From Amoebophrya sp. A120 (taxonomy: Eukaryota > Protista > Dinoflagellata), in NCBI GenBank assembly GCA_905178155.1, contig CAJINV010000002.1, positions 12,533,621 through 12,597,620 on the forward strand: 64,000 nucleotides of DNA, in the 5' to 3' direction. The notes below the pieces were generated by a model, which saw only the letters and a list, made by a program, of their open reading frames with translations, was not told where the DNA came from and searched no databases. Below are positions 50,485-62,621 of the stretch, piece by piece. Position 1 is the first letter of the stretch; each line of letters starts with the position of its first letter. The position numbers were made by a program, and so were the translations under genes.

Positions 50485-52961
50485 CTACGGAAAGACCCCA
50501 CCCGGTCCGCGCCCGGTCGTTTCCTGCCGCGGCGCCAGGTACGTGCTCTGCGGCTGCTGCATGTTGTCGTCCCCATCGAACTGAACCCCGGGCGGTCCCA
50601 CCTGGTAAATAGCCACTTCGTCATCGTACATCATCATGGTCGGAGGTGGTCCTCCCGGCCCCGTGAAGCCTCTTCCGCGCGCCGTACCGTAGCTGTCCTG
50701 CCCCCGGCCTGCGCCTGTCCGGCTCGGCTTCGGCGCTCCGAGTGCGCCCATCACGCCGAAAATCAGCCCAACGCACAGGCCCATCACGACGATCCACACA
50801 AACCAGCAGAAACAGCAGAACCCGCTGCAGCATCCGGCGGCACTGTTGTTGTTTCCGCACGTACAGGGGTCGTTTTTGGTGGTATGATCGACCCCGCCCT
50901 GCGCACCGCAGCACCCTCCGCCACCGCCACCATAATTGTCCCGCCCGCGCAGATGCTTTTCGTGCTCGATCATTCTCATTTCCGACTCGTGGACGCTCTC
51001 CCGAATGCGGTTTCCCGCTTGCGCCGCCAGATACCCGCCTCCCAACCGGACCAGATCCGTCGCAACGTCGCCGGCCGCCTGTTTAAAGCCGCCCTTCGCT
51101 TCTGATTCTTGTTCCCCTTGATGCCGGGAAATCACTTTCTCCCCGGTTGCAGCTGCCCCGCCTGCCGCCGCGATGCCGTCCCCTTGGCGGCCAGCACCCG
51201 CACCGGGAGTGGGCGGATTTGCACCCGCACCCGGGCGAGGCGTGTTGGCGGATCCTCCGTGCGGGGTGCGCTTCTCCTCCTCTGCAGCCGCTTCACTTTC
51301 CAATACGGAGATCAAATGGCTCGCGCTGTTCGCGGGGGTCAGCACGAAAGGCGCGCTCGAGTCCACGAAAACGTCGTTGCCGCCGACTTTGTAGGACTGC
51401 GCCACGCCGCCGTTTTTGTTGCCTTCGCCCCAGGCAAGATCCAACTTCCGGCAGTTCAAGTGCCCAATGCCAACGCCCGTGGACTGCGTCGCCATGACCG
51501 CGTACGCTGCGCCAACATCGTACGCCATCTCCCCGTCACTACGCCACTGCTTGAGCAGCGCCGGGTTTGACAACGTTTCCCACTGCTGCAGTCTCTGTTC
51601 CTCCGTCACCGCATTCCTGTCGTAGTGGTCCGTCTTCTGGCAGTTTTCCCCCAAGGTCGGCAGTTGCATCCTGTGTTTTTTACATTAAATGTCAATATCG
51701 TTAGTGCGCGACGATGGACCGGCATCGGCAACTACCAAAGCAACAGCTAGAATAAAAGCAAAAGAACCATCCTCAGTATGTCTCTCATACACCGAGAACC
51801 AAGATCCAAAAAAATGTCTGTACAGTTTGTCCTTGAATGGCTCTTCCGGGGGCGGCAACAAGGATGGCTGCGTCGCCAGCATTCGCATAGATGGCCACAG
51901 CGGACCGAGGCTCTGCGGCATCACAACGGCGTCACGGAGCGGATGCCCTACTTCGTGCAGGCAAGTGCGGCCCGCGCCGGGAGTCTGCTGGCCTTGGGAC
52001 TCTTTCATCTTCACCAGCCGCCCGATGTGCTCCTCCATCCCAGACTCGTCGTTGGCTGTTTTTTTTGGAAAAGATTATAGTAAAGGTGGCAATGAATTCT
52101 GTACCATAATTTCATTTTTCAGCTTGAGCACCTGAAAAAAAAGCGCGGCGAGAAGTGAATTAGCTTCTACAACTTGAAGCCGAAACTTCTGTGTCCGTCT
52201 TGCACTTGCATAGATTACTTCTACATCTCAAAACTGATAGTACCTCCCGCCGAGCAAGCTTTCGGGTCCCCCTTGAAGACGAAGACGACGTCGAGGGTCG
52301 GCATTTTGTGGTCGATCGAGGAAGACGGAGTGTACATGTCCACCGGAACGTACATTTTCGGCAGCATCACGTGGTACTCGCTGGCTTCGTCGATCGGTTC
52401 CCAGGTGCCGGTTTGCGAGTTCAAGCAGGCGACATTTGTCTGCGAAACGTGCAGATCCACGGTTTGGCTGTCGCGCATGTCGTGGACCAGATCGGCAAAA
52501 ACGTTGGCGGGCAACTTTTCGAAGCGAAAAAACCGCATTTTGTGCGCCCCGTCCTGGGACAGTGGGTACAGGTGGCTGGCGTGCATAGGCTCCGTGGTGC
52601 CGTAGAGCAGGTCATCAAAATACACTACAATCGTGTTGATCCGCGACTGTGCCTGCTGCGCTGCGCGGTCGGCAACGGTGTAGCAGGCAACCTTTTCCCC
52701 GACACTGCGGCGAAGCTGCGCACTGTACAACTCATACGGATCCAGGGGCTTGTCGGATAAAGGAAACCCGTGGGGGGGCAGTCCTACCCGCGTCGTCGCT
52801 CGGGCATTCTTCTTGTAGTTCTGTGTGCCGGTGGCACTCTTGGTCGTCTTCTTGCTCGCGACCAATTTTTGCCTGTTCGCCACTGCGCTCTGCTGGGCGC
52901 TCCTGCCGCTGGCTCCGACGGCGGCAGTGGCAACCGCCATGAAACTAAACTTGACCACCAT
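50485..52961 (-). CDS. Putative type-I membrane protein (~711 aa); exons 52244-52961, 51824-52055, 50485-51670
   Basis: Three ORFs join in frame via GT-AG introns 52056-52243 and 51671-51823. Signal peptide MVVKFSFMAVATAAVGA; Cys-rich TM segment GCCSGFCCFCWFVWIVVMGLCVGLIFGVM. Confidence 0.78.
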
Positions 52962-54145
52962 TATCCGGGGACGAAAAATGATGAAGATGATACTTAGATA
53001 TTACAGCGGGGTTGTACTGTATTGAATTTATGAATAATTCAAAAAAAGCGTGTTGAGAGGCAGCCGGATAAAACTGGAGGTTCGTTGTCCTAAATTGAGT
53101 CCGAAAAATACCGAAGGAAGCCACGCGAGCTTCCGGGTGATCGCCCTGATTTGTTGAAGAGGCCTTAATTGAGCTTTGTCCAATATCTCAGATGGAATTG
53201 GAAACATCACAGCAAGAAGACGAAGAAAAAGACACGAAGCGCAAAACATTTAAGCACGAGGTCAACAGCACGATCGGGAGTACAAAGACGAACTGTATAA
53301 TCAGGACGATTGCTGCTAATTTGTTCGAACGACGTGATCAGTATTCTACAGTGAACGAAAAAAATATTGTACTTTTCGCGACGCAGACCAACTGCAACAG
53401 TACGAGTTTCATTTCCTTTCCACAAGATAACATCACGACACATGAAATCTTCTTCATTGCGACGGGCACACAATAGCGAACCAACCAGCGCGAACAAAGA
53501 TAAAAATTCATAACTACTGCATGAAAGACAGGCAACATATGAGCAGCCCTCCATTGTCGCCATTCACTCTTTCTTACTGATGTCACACTGGAAACCAAAA
53601 TTCGACATACATTTTGTACAGGGTATCTTGCTATTTTTGGAGCATGCAAAAACTCAAATAATTCGTCGTGTACAACGTAACATCGAAAATTTTATGACAT
53701 TTTTCCGTATGCGCAAAATCAAAGCTGAAGTCTTACTCATGGTCATGACATGTTCCACGTGAAATTTATTTTGAAAACATCAAAAAGTTTTATGACATTC
53801 TGACTTTTCCATACTATAAAAACTGAAATTACTCTACTTTATTAGGGGCGAGACACAATTACTTCACTTTACTCAAATATTACTCTTACTCATGCGCATC
53901 TTCTATAACTTTCCTGAGCTTTATGCTTATCTTTCCCGGAATGTATGTGATGAAATTAATTCATTTGTTCTGTTTCAGAAGCGAGTTATTTTTACTCAGT
54001 TGTACACATTGGCTATTTCGATCGTTTTTGAGGACGTCGATTCGTGAAGCTTCGACTCGAACTCGTTTCTGTGGTAAAGCTGAAGTACTTCTTCATCCTC
54101 GACGTTATTCCACTTCAACTTTTCCGAACAATATCATCTTTGTCG

Positions 54146-57100
54146 TCACGGAGACTCTTCAGAGTCCGGCTCCTCGTCATCACCTTCCTCTTGGCTCTCT
54201 TCTTCCTCGCGGCTATCAGTAGCCACCGGAAGTAGCCGCTTCGTCAACGCGTGCAAAAACTGGCGCATCACCCGTTTTGCGCGGGACCAGGACACTCTGT
54301 ACACGTCGACTGCAACCTCTCTCTGGTCCTCGTAGTCGCGGTGAAAGTGCTGGCCGTAGATAAGACTGAACGGAACACCGAATGGCGTCAGTAGCGTGTA
54401 CGAGTGTCGTGTTTCGAGGTCTATCCCTGCGAAGTAGATTTCCTTCAGTGGTCCGAACACGGTGCCCCGGCCGGTGTACGGGTCTAACAACGTCCGATGA
54501 TCGGGACATATTTCGTTCGCGCTAATTCCCGCTATTCTTCTGGTTATTTCGCAGTGTGCCTCATCTGCTTGCGCGAACTTCTTGTCAAGCACGAGAAGCA
54601 GCCGCGCTCTTCTGCTGTCAACGGCTGCAAGCAAGTTCTGCCTCTTGATCTTTCCTCCCTCCGAATGGGCAGCAAGCATGTCGACCGCAATCAGCAGGAG
54701 GGGTTCCGGAGTCCGGTCGTCAGAGTGCCGATTGATCGGCACTGCGTCCGCTCCACTGGGGCAGTTGGCAACAGCTTCAATCACCTCCCACCGCTCGGAC
54801 ACGGTCCAGTCATCGAATGCGATCATGCCCGCACGAATCCAGAAGAAGAACTCGCAACACTGTTTGGCCTGCTTTTCCACGGCGGGATCAACACCGCGGC
54901 GGCCCTGTTTGGTGTATCCGTTGGCGCGCGCAAACAGCGGCATCTGTGCGCAATTGATCACACTCGCGAGGAAGAATTTCCGAAGCCACCGAGCAAGCGG
55001 CTTCGCGGCGGAGCAACCATCTGCGCGCAAAATGTGCATCCAGAAGTCGTCTGTTGTGTACATCTGGACGAAGTCTTCCAGCTCAGGAAGTTGAAGTTCC
55101 GCATCCACGGTTAATTGTTCAAGAGGATCAAACAGGCCGAGAAATAAAAACTCAAGGTCCATCCTCGGTCTCGGGTTTTCCCGTCCGTTCCACATCCTTA
55201 GTTCGAGCGCCGCTCCCAAGTAGTCGGTGGAACTAGACTTTTTCATTCTCCTCTCCTTCCCCCGACATTGTTCCCTGACTTTTTCAGCCTCTGCTCGTAG
55301 GCCGTGTCTCCGATTGTCGACGCGCTGGATTGGGTGGGGAACCGCCTTCCCGTCTTGGAGGACGAAGCGGCGCGGGTCTTCGTAGTCCATGGCCAAGTTG
55401 AGACATTTTGGCGCCCCAAAGTCGAAGCAGACAGACCACTTCGGGTCGGTCAGACGGAGTGCGCGCAACACAAACTGCACCGGGTCCACGCCGCCCGCTT
55501 CCATCTCGCCGTTGTGGTAGTACCAGCCGGAACGCTCGTACTCATCTAGCGTGAAAAACAGATCGGCGTTAGCGGTAGGGGTTTCTGCACAGAATCGCAA
55601 GTCCGGACCCTCGACCCCAACATGGAGCATCTCGCCATCCCGCAACTCATCCTCCGCAGTGATGGAGCGCGACGGTGTACTAGTATTCCTGTGCATGGGG
55701 CTCTCCTCAATGTCCTGGTGTGGCTCCGCCCTCTGCTCCTGGTCGGTGGCGCCGGAAGCGTCGCTCGCATGTTGCGGCTCTGCAACCTCCTCGATCTTCA
55801 CCGCGTTTGCACTGCACCGAACCACACCCGGCTGTTCCTCTTTGTCCTGCAGAAGCCGGTGAAGCTGAATCAGCACTGGCGGGAACTTATTGTCTGGGTC
55901 ATCGCTTGGGATTTTTGCTGCAATCTTGGTTTGCAGCTCCCGAAAGCGCTCCTTTTTGTTTTTTGACTTGTAGTTCTCGATGGACACGGTGAAAGAATCT
56001 TCTTCCGAACCACTTAGTCGCTGCACTTTCAACGAAATCGTGGATGCATTTGTGTTTTTTTCTCGACAGGTGGAAAGACCGAGGTGACCAGGTGTTTTCT
56101 TATTGTGCTCGTGGATTCTGGTGTTCCGATCGGGTTGAGAGCCGTCGTCGTCAGAGCTGTTGGTGTCCAGACCCTGAAGCTTGCGCCTATCCCTTTGCAG
56201 CACGTGCATTTTTTCTTCTTTATTCTCAGGATTCACATTCACCTCGTCAAGATCGATCTTATTCTTACGAGATGAAACCGTCTTCGCAGCGGAAGACAAG
56301 TGCTTTTTTCCGTGATGTTTCGCATTGCTCTTCCTGACGGTTGCATTGGGATTGCCACCCGTTGTACAGCCACGAGCAGGACCCGCTTGTCCGTGCTTCT
56401 CACATGTTGTGTCGACGATCTTGAAGAAATCCTTGTCCGGCCTCGCTTTCTCGGTCGCAATCCTCCGGTCTCCCGCAGCAGGCGACGGCGGCGCGCCCGT
56501 CAAGTAGCGCCGCAGTTTGTCGGTCAGGGACGAGTTATCGTCGTCTGCGTTGTAGTTTTTGAAACATTTCAGAAACTTGTCAGAGGATTTGTTGCCTTTC
56601 TTCTTGTTTGTACTTTCAGGTTCCTCTTCACCGCCTTTGGTTTTCTTGGCATCGGTATCGCCCGCTAGCAGTGGTTTTGTGCTGTTTTGGTTCTTACTAA
56701 CAGCAAGAGTACTAGCCGGTCCTTCGCTAGAACAAGTTTTGGTGTTCTTCATTCCCCCTGCCTTCGGCATCAACCGGTTGTTTTTAGAGAGAGCCGCAGC
56801 TCCTGCTCCTTCCGAGGGGGCTTTCTGATTCTTTGCATCTTCTGTGCCTGTACAACTACCAGAAGTATTCTTCACTAATCCTTCCCCGTTGAACTTCGCA
56901 CTGTACACTTCCACGGGACAGCTCTTCGAAAACCAGCACTTTTTCTTCGCTTTTTCGAACTGATACTCCGCGAACCTCGTTTTCTTTTTGTAGTACTCCT
57001 CCGGATTCGTCTGTTTCAGCTGCAGAATGGAAACGATTTCATTTTTTTGGTGGTTCAGGTTCATCTTGCTCCCGCTCGATTTGGAATTTTTGCCGTTCGA

Positions 57101-58219
57101 AGAGTTAGACGATTGCTGACCACCACCACTTTCTAGCTGCTCCATACTTTGTTCCTTAATCTTCACTTCCGTCCTCTTGATTTCCCTGGCCCATTCCTTG
57201 GCACAAAAATTCTGAAACTCCTGCACCGAGTGGAACACCTGCGGCTTGTTCTGTTCCTGTTTCTGTGCGATCTTTTCCTGCAGAATGATCTTCGTCGCTT
57301 CCTTTCGCAAGTACTGCTGTTGCTCCGGATTTGACAGAGCGAACACCTGCTCCGCGTTCTGGGGGGCAGAAACACCGCCTTGTTGGTGCGTCTGTTGTAC
57401 TAGGTGGTCCACAGCATGGGACAAAGGGACTGGTGGTGGTGGATCAAGGCTATTTGTCTTCAGCATGTTGCCCATTTGCATTTTTGCCACGTCGCGCGGA
57501 AATTCGTCCTCGATCAGACGCTGCTCTTCGGTCGTTGTAGTTCTTGCAAGAACTACAGCATTCTCTTGTTTGTCCCCGGGTGGAGCTTCGCTTCCAGGAA
57601 TAACTCCAGCAGGAGGTGGTGCTGCACCTCTCGACGAGGACAGCACCAGCTGCCCGGTAGAAGAGGTTCTAGTACTCGCCGAAATAAATTCTCCTGCTTG
57701 TTGTGCTTCTACTTCTAAAGCCACTGGATCATCGGATCTTCTTTCAGAAGCAAAAGGACCTCCTTCCTCCCCTGATTGCAGCGCCGTGGCGAAGATGTTC
57801 ATGTTCAGGTGGTCCAGGGCCGCGGGGGCATTGGAGTTTTTAGTTTTAATCTCTGCGGCAGGCACATTCTTACTATTATTCGCAAAAGAGGACGAGGAAG
57901 AGGACGAACCACCTGCCGCACTCCCAGCTACTTGTTTACCTTTTTTCTTTTCCACCTGTTCCTTCACAAGCGGGGCCAATTTCTTGTAGACCCACCTTGC
58001 GTTTTTGTTCTGCGCCAAAAAGTCTTCCATCGCCTGGCTGTTCCCCTCCAAGTAATTGTGTACGTTCTCAAAGGAGTGGAGCAAGTCTTGCTCCTTCCAG
58101 TGGGCCAGTATCGTGCCGCGGAGCACCAACCTGGTGTTCTTCAAGACGGACTCCAGGAGGGCCCGACAGTCCGACTGCCGGTTTTCCCAGATCGTTCTCG
58201 CCTCCTCGAAATGGACCAT
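54146..58219 (-). CDS. Hypothetical protein (1357 aa)
   Basis: Long uninterrupted ORF with low-complexity N-half and globular-looking C-terminal ~480 aa; no family recognised. Confidence 0.85.
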   Translation of the reverse strand: MVHFEEARTIWENRQSDCRALLESVLKNTRLVLRGTILAHWKEQDLLHSFENVHNYLEGNSQAMEDFLAQNKNARWVYKKLAPLVKEQVEKKKGKQVAGSAAGGSSSSSSSFANNSKNVPAAEIKTKNSNAPAALDHLNMNIFATALQSGEEGGPFASERRSDDPVALEVEAQQAGEFISASTRTSSTGQLVLSSSRGAAPPPAGVIPGSEAPPGDKQENAVVLARTTTTEEQRLIEDEFPRDVAKMQMGNMLKTNSLDPPPPVPLSHAVDHLVQQTHQQGGVSAPQNAEQVFALSNPEQQQYLRKEATKIILQEKIAQKQEQNKPQVFHSVQEFQNFCAKEWAREIKRTEVKIKEQSMEQLESGGGQQSSNSSNGKNSKSSGSKMNLNHQKNEIVSILQLKQTNPEEYYKKKTRFAEYQFEKAKKKCWFSKSCPVEVYSAKFNGEGLVKNTSGSCTGTEDAKNQKAPSEGAGAAALSKNNRLMPKAGGMKNTKTCSSEGPASTLAVSKNQNSTKPLLAGDTDAKKTKGGEEEPESTNKKKGNKSSDKFLKCFKNYNADDDNSSLTDKLRRYLTGAPPSPAAGDRRIATEKARPDKDFFKIVDTTCEKHGQAGPARGCTTGGNPNATVRKSNAKHHGKKHLSSAAKTVSSRKNKIDLDEVNVNPENKEEKMHVLQRDRRKLQGLDTNSSDDDGSQPDRNTRIHEHNKKTPGHLGLSTCREKNTNASTISLKVQRLSGSEEDSFTVSIENYKSKNKKERFRELQTKIAAKIPSDDPDNKFPPVLIQLHRLLQDKEEQPGVVRCSANAVKIEEVAEPQHASDASGATDQEQRAEPHQDIEESPMHRNTSTPSRSITAEDELRDGEMLHVGVEGPDLRFCAETPTANADLFFTLDEYERSGWYYHNGEMEAGGVDPVQFVLRALRLTDPKWSVCFDFGAPKCLNLAMDYEDPRRFVLQDGKAVPHPIQRVDNRRHGLRAEAEKVREQCRGKERRMKKSSSTDYLGAALELRMWNGRENPRPRMDLEFLFLGLFDPLEQLTVDAELQLPELEDFVQMYTTDDFWMHILRADGCSAAKPLARWLRKFFLASVINCAQMPLFARANGYTKQGRRGVDPAVEKQAKQCCEFFFWIRAGMIAFDDWTVSERWEVIEAVANCPSGADAVPINRHSDDRTPEPLLLIAVDMLAAHSEGGKIKRQNLLAAVDSRRARLLLVLDKKFAQADEAHCEITRRIAGISANEICPDHRTLLDPYTGRGTVFGPLKEIYFAGIDLETRHSYTLLTPFGVPFSLIYGQHFHRDYEDQREVAVDVYRVSWSRAKRVMRQFLHALTKRLLPVATDSREEEESQEEGDDEEPDSEESP

Positions 58220-58535
58220 TTCGTTACTCCAATTGAAGTTGTACTGCTCTTTATGTCAAGAGCTTTCACTTGTTTTTGTTGATGCGATTTGATTATTGAC
58301 AACTTGCGAGCCGGAAACAGATTGTAGTGTAGGCGAAATGCCTTAATATTTCAGAACTCTCTACAAACACTTCAGACAGGGTGGGATGTCTGACCTGTTT
58401 CGTGTTTCGTTTCAAAACCCGTCCGCCTCCGCTCCAATAGCAGGGGGACAAAAATAAAGTAGATCGAGGTGTTAGCTAGACAACAGATGCATGCAACTTT
58501 AGCCAAATAATCTTCTATCTGTTCTAAAATGTAAA

Positions 58536-58594
58536 TCTGTAAAAGAAGCAACGAAAGGTAGGTTTTATTCTGTAAAAGAAGCAACGAAGGGTAG
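58536..58594. repeat. Short direct duplication (26 bp, period 33)
   Basis: tctgtaaaagaagcaacgaa(a/g)ggtag occurs twice. Confidence 0.85.
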
Positions 58595-59650
58595 CGACTC
58601 AAGGCCCTGTACTAGTGGTAAAAAGCACAAGCGAGGACACATGGGTGTGATATGAAGAAATTTGTTTTCCTAGAGAACATGCTTGCGTCCGCCGTTCTAC
58701 TTTTTGTCTCCGGTCTCGAGATGAGACTGCAATCGCTCAAAAGTCAAAACGAATCCAAGGCCGAAGAAAAGACACAAAGAAATCTGATTCGTATCTACGT
58801 TTATACACGACTTGCAACGATGTGCCATAGCGATTAGATTTAGAACCATTAAGAACGAAGGCGAAGCCTCTGCCCTATATAAAAAAACCTCGACCAAGTA
58901 TACTTCAGAAGATGCTGCGCATAGCAAAAAAGAAAAGCAAAAACCGACGTGCGGTTTCCCACGAATCCATCTCAAATAAAAGCCAGAAAGAAAAAATCCC
59001 AAAGCGAACTCCTCTACAAAATGTAATTGCTGACAACACCAATTTCTTTTCTTTGCGGCAGGCGCATGATACGTACAGAAAAAACAGGCACGAACGCATC
59101 ATACATCATCGCGCAGGGACAGCTGCATCTAGAAGTACGAACACCAATTGAAGAACCCATCAGCAGAGCTCCGTCAGACGGGATCTTTACTGGAATCGCG
59201 TCGATTTTATTCAATTATGAAAAAAACAAGTCCAATGAGGAGCGCAATTGTACAGGAACGAAACACGTATGGTTCTTTGCGCAACAACGCTAGTGCGTCT
59301 ACTGGCTTTTTCTGTTTTCTTCTCGACCAATTAAATGGATGATATTCATTACCATACACAACAAGAACAACATACGCATTTTATTACATTCTTGTCTTGC
59401 ATTTCTTTGTGGGTTTGGTCTTCCAAAAAATCATCAAGGCAGAAAACTCCTCAGAAGTTGGGAAAATCTGAAACAGAATTCGAAAGCGTCTTTTCGTAGC
59501 TGCAGCTTCATCCCTGGCCATGATAAAATACACAAAGCTAATATGGTCCTTGCCAAGCGAAGAAAGTGCAGCTGAGTTGAAGGCACTTAGGTGCAGCCGG
59601 CTGCCCACGCCTCGCTTGCCGTGCCTCCATCGACGTCTTCGGAGAAATCT

Positions 59651-61987
59651 TTATGCCTCCTCGTCCAACTCATCGAGCTCCTCATCGGAAGAGTCACGGT
59701 CCTCGCCCGCGCTTTGATCGCCTTCCGCGCCATCAGTGTCACCCGGCTCGTGATCTTCCTCCGGCTCGGCGAAGGTGCAGGTAATTCGGATAGGGTCACG
59801 GACGGAGTGGCCGTCTGGATTTTGCAAGCGGTACGCGAACACGGCTGCGACCAAATCTTTCCACGTGGCGGCCTCGCCAAAATTCTTGGGGTCGCGGAGG
59901 TCTTCCGGAACGATCGGGGCGTGGCTGCTGTCCTTCTCTTCGTCATAGCTATTGGCGTCGGGCAGCTCATCCACAAAAAGCCGGACGCAATCGAATTGAA
60001 TCTGCTTGTTTTTCTTCGGAAAAAGATACTCGAAGCCAGGACAGTGTGGCCGGCCAAAATCCGATGTGAAGGAGGTGACTTGCTTGAATGTAGCAGTTTG
60101 CGCATGCTCCAAGCAAATCTTTGAGAGAGTGTTGTAGTCCGCGACAAATGCGAGCGCCTCATCCTCGGTTTCGAAGAAGTAAAAGTCTTCCAAGATCTGG
60201 TCCGAAGAAATACCGATTTTTTCCAGTAGTCGGCTCGGTGTGGCGGCCCGCGCCAGTGACTCGTTGACGCGATCTTCCGCCGCGTCCCAAAACGGATTGA
60301 TGTACCGCACCAGTACTTTGTAATTCTGGACGCGCCAATCCTCCGGGGAAATAACTGTGATTTGGCTGCCTGTAGCCCATCTTTTTTTTCCTTCAGCAAA
60401 GCTCCTCTGTCGCTGCTCCACAGAAAAGAAAAAAAAGTCCACTGGACGCCGACACTGCATGTGTGTGGGTAAGCTAGGGGAGTGCTCGAACGCGAAGCGT
60501 TCTAGCTCCCGAGTCGTGTTCATGCTGAAGGTCCCCATTCCTAAACGACACACTCCAAAGTCAACGACATCGCCCGTGAAGGGGTCGAGTGTGAAGGCGA
60601 GACAGCGCACCATTTTGTACTCCACCAAACGACTGTCTGTTCTGGTCTCAAAGCGGCGTGTCTGGGACAGATGGCGTGACGCACCCCTTCTATCGAACGT
60701 CCTCATTCTGTACTCCCCTGAAAGTCGATAGATCAGATTGAAGCTGCCCGGATGGCTCTTTTTCCACTTCTTCTCTTCGGTCCATCCACCTTGACTGCGG
60801 TCGCTGCGTTGCCTTTGGATCTCGTCCAGTAATCTCGGCACATTCCACACATTCATCTGGGCTTCATTCTCTCGGCAAGTCCTTTCTTGGCTATCATTGG
60901 CAAGCTGCTGAAGCTTTTCCCCGATGTTGGCACAACTGCGTTCTCCATCCGAAGAAGATGAGCTCAAGCATGCGGGGACGAAGCTGCCGAGATTAGGTGG
61001 GAGCTGGAACACTCGGCCAAGTTCTTCAGTACACACCTTAGCAAAGTTGCAAGCTTGTAGCGTGGTATTGAAACCAATCGCGCAAAGAATGGTGTTGCGC
61101 ACGTTCATGTCGAGCACACCGCCGAACTCGTGGGACTCCGCTTCCGGTCCCGGAACAAGGAGGTCGAGTTCGCGCCACTCCGTGGTCCCAAAGAGGCCAA
61201 CGAACTGGCAAGTAAGCTCGTCGAACTCGGGAGAGCACTCACCAGTCGGAAGCCGCGCAACACAGGGGGTACTCCCGGAGACAATCACGTCGCCAGCGCA
61301 GTTCACGATCTGAAAATCGACCATCGGGAGCAAACTCGCGAAACTTCTGGTCTGTTCTTCCGAACCAATAACCGGGCCAAACTTTTCCCGCATCAGGTCC
61401 GGATACGAATCGAGGGCCTTCAACTGCTCCCGGTGGATTCTGTCGGCCTCGTCAGCACGCGCCTCCCATTCGTCATGGATGGACTTCAACTTCTGGACGA
61501 CACTCTCCTCAACGAACGCCTCCACCTGATCCGCTCGCCTCAGCAGTTGCGATGCGAAGTCTTCGTCGCTTGCTGCCTCGCTTTGTTCAGCAGTGGAGGT
61601 CGTGGCGATGTTTAGTAGATGCTTCACGTCACAATCTACCTGCTCTATGACCTCATTGAGAACATTCTCGAGTCGGTGTGTGACGGTCAAAACCGAATTC
61701 TTCTCGAAAAAAGCAGGTCGCCTCAAGCTTGAAGCTCCACAGCAGGCTGCTGCAATGTGTTTCGCTTCCTTCTCGTCGGTATCGGAAGGAGGCCCACGAC
61801 ACGCGTGATTTTTCTTCAGCAGCTGCTCAAATTCAGCGAAAGAATGAAACGGAGCGGAATCTTTGAGGTGCGGCAAGATGTACGAATTGAAAACAGATTC
61901 GCCAAAAAGCCCTGCAGCCTCCTCCAGAAAATATTGCTTCATGTATGACAGCTCCTCCCCCTGCTGCTGCTGGCCGGATAGGCTCAT
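59651..61987 (-). CDS. Hypothetical protein (778 aa) with acidic tail
   Basis: Long ATG-initiated ORF with protein-like composition; no family recognised. Confidence 0.85.
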   Translation of the reverse strand: MSLSGQQQQGEELSYMKQYFLEEAAGLFGESVFNSYILPHLKDSAPFHSFAEFEQLLKKNHACRGPPSDTDEKEAKHIAAACCGASSLRRPAFFEKNSVLTVTHRLENVLNEVIEQVDCDVKHLLNIATTSTAEQSEAASDEDFASQLLRRADQVEAFVEESVVQKLKSIHDEWEARADEADRIHREQLKALDSYPDLMREKFGPVIGSEEQTRSFASLLPMVDFQIVNCAGDVIVSGSTPCVARLPTGECSPEFDELTCQFVGLFGTTEWRELDLLVPGPEAESHEFGGVLDMNVRNTILCAIGFNTTLQACNFAKVCTEELGRVFQLPPNLGSFVPACLSSSSSDGERSCANIGEKLQQLANDSQERTCRENEAQMNVWNVPRLLDEIQRQRSDRSQGGWTEEKKWKKSHPGSFNLIYRLSGEYRMRTFDRRGASRHLSQTRRFETRTDSRLVEYKMVRCLAFTLDPFTGDVVDFGVCRLGMGTFSMNTTRELERFAFEHSPSLPTHMQCRRPVDFFFFSVEQRQRSFAEGKKRWATGSQITVISPEDWRVQNYKVLVRYINPFWDAAEDRVNESLARAATPSRLLEKIGISSDQILEDFYFFETEDEALAFVADYNTLSKICLEHAQTATFKQVTSFTSDFGRPHCPGFEYLFPKKNKQIQFDCVRLFVDELPDANSYDEEKDSSHAPIVPEDLRDPKNFGEAATWKDLVAAVFAYRLQNPDGHSVRDPIRITCTFAEPEEDHEPGDTDGAEGDQSAGEDRDSSDEELDELDEEA

Positions 61988-62621
61988 CTTGAAATTGAAT
62001 ACTAATTCGAATGGTTCTTATCTGAAATAACGATCTTGGATCTTGCTCCTGTGCAGATCCCACCAAACAAAAGATAAAACGCTAAATTTTCGAAAAGCAT
62101 ATCGACGGCGGTTTTTCGCAACGTTCATGTTTGGGCTCGTTTCATGTCTCGGAGAGCAAGTAAATTCCGGTCGACTTTAATTTTTCAAAATTGAAAATTC
62201 AAATTCTAAATCTAAACGTAAAAAAATACTCCCAGTATTATTGGTACGCTTCGATAATTGCAATCTTTACGATAACCCACAGCGTCAGCTCTTCACGAAC
62301 GATATGTACGAAAACAAATAAGCAGGAGTCTACCCCTCTTCCGATCTGCCATTTTCTTCTGCCCAGTCCAGAATTCATCCCCAGCAGTGACTACGAAACG
62401 AGAAATCCAGGGGGCCTTCTTCTACGTAACCGCATCAGAACAACTCATACACAGCGAAATGTTTTCAAACGACGGACCGCGACTCGTCCAGCAGAAGCAG
62501 TTAAACTTAAGTAATGCCTTTCGCATATAAATCGCGAGCAAGTGCGGTAGTGGCATCTTTTTCGTGCCATTGCTCGTCGCCGGGCTGGCGATCTACTTGA
62601 ACGGCTCGTCAACAGCATCTG

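Noticed and set aside
53680-53840. Degenerate ~100-bp duplication (ttttatgacatt twice)
   Set aside because: Weak AT-rich similarity with no termini or other structure.
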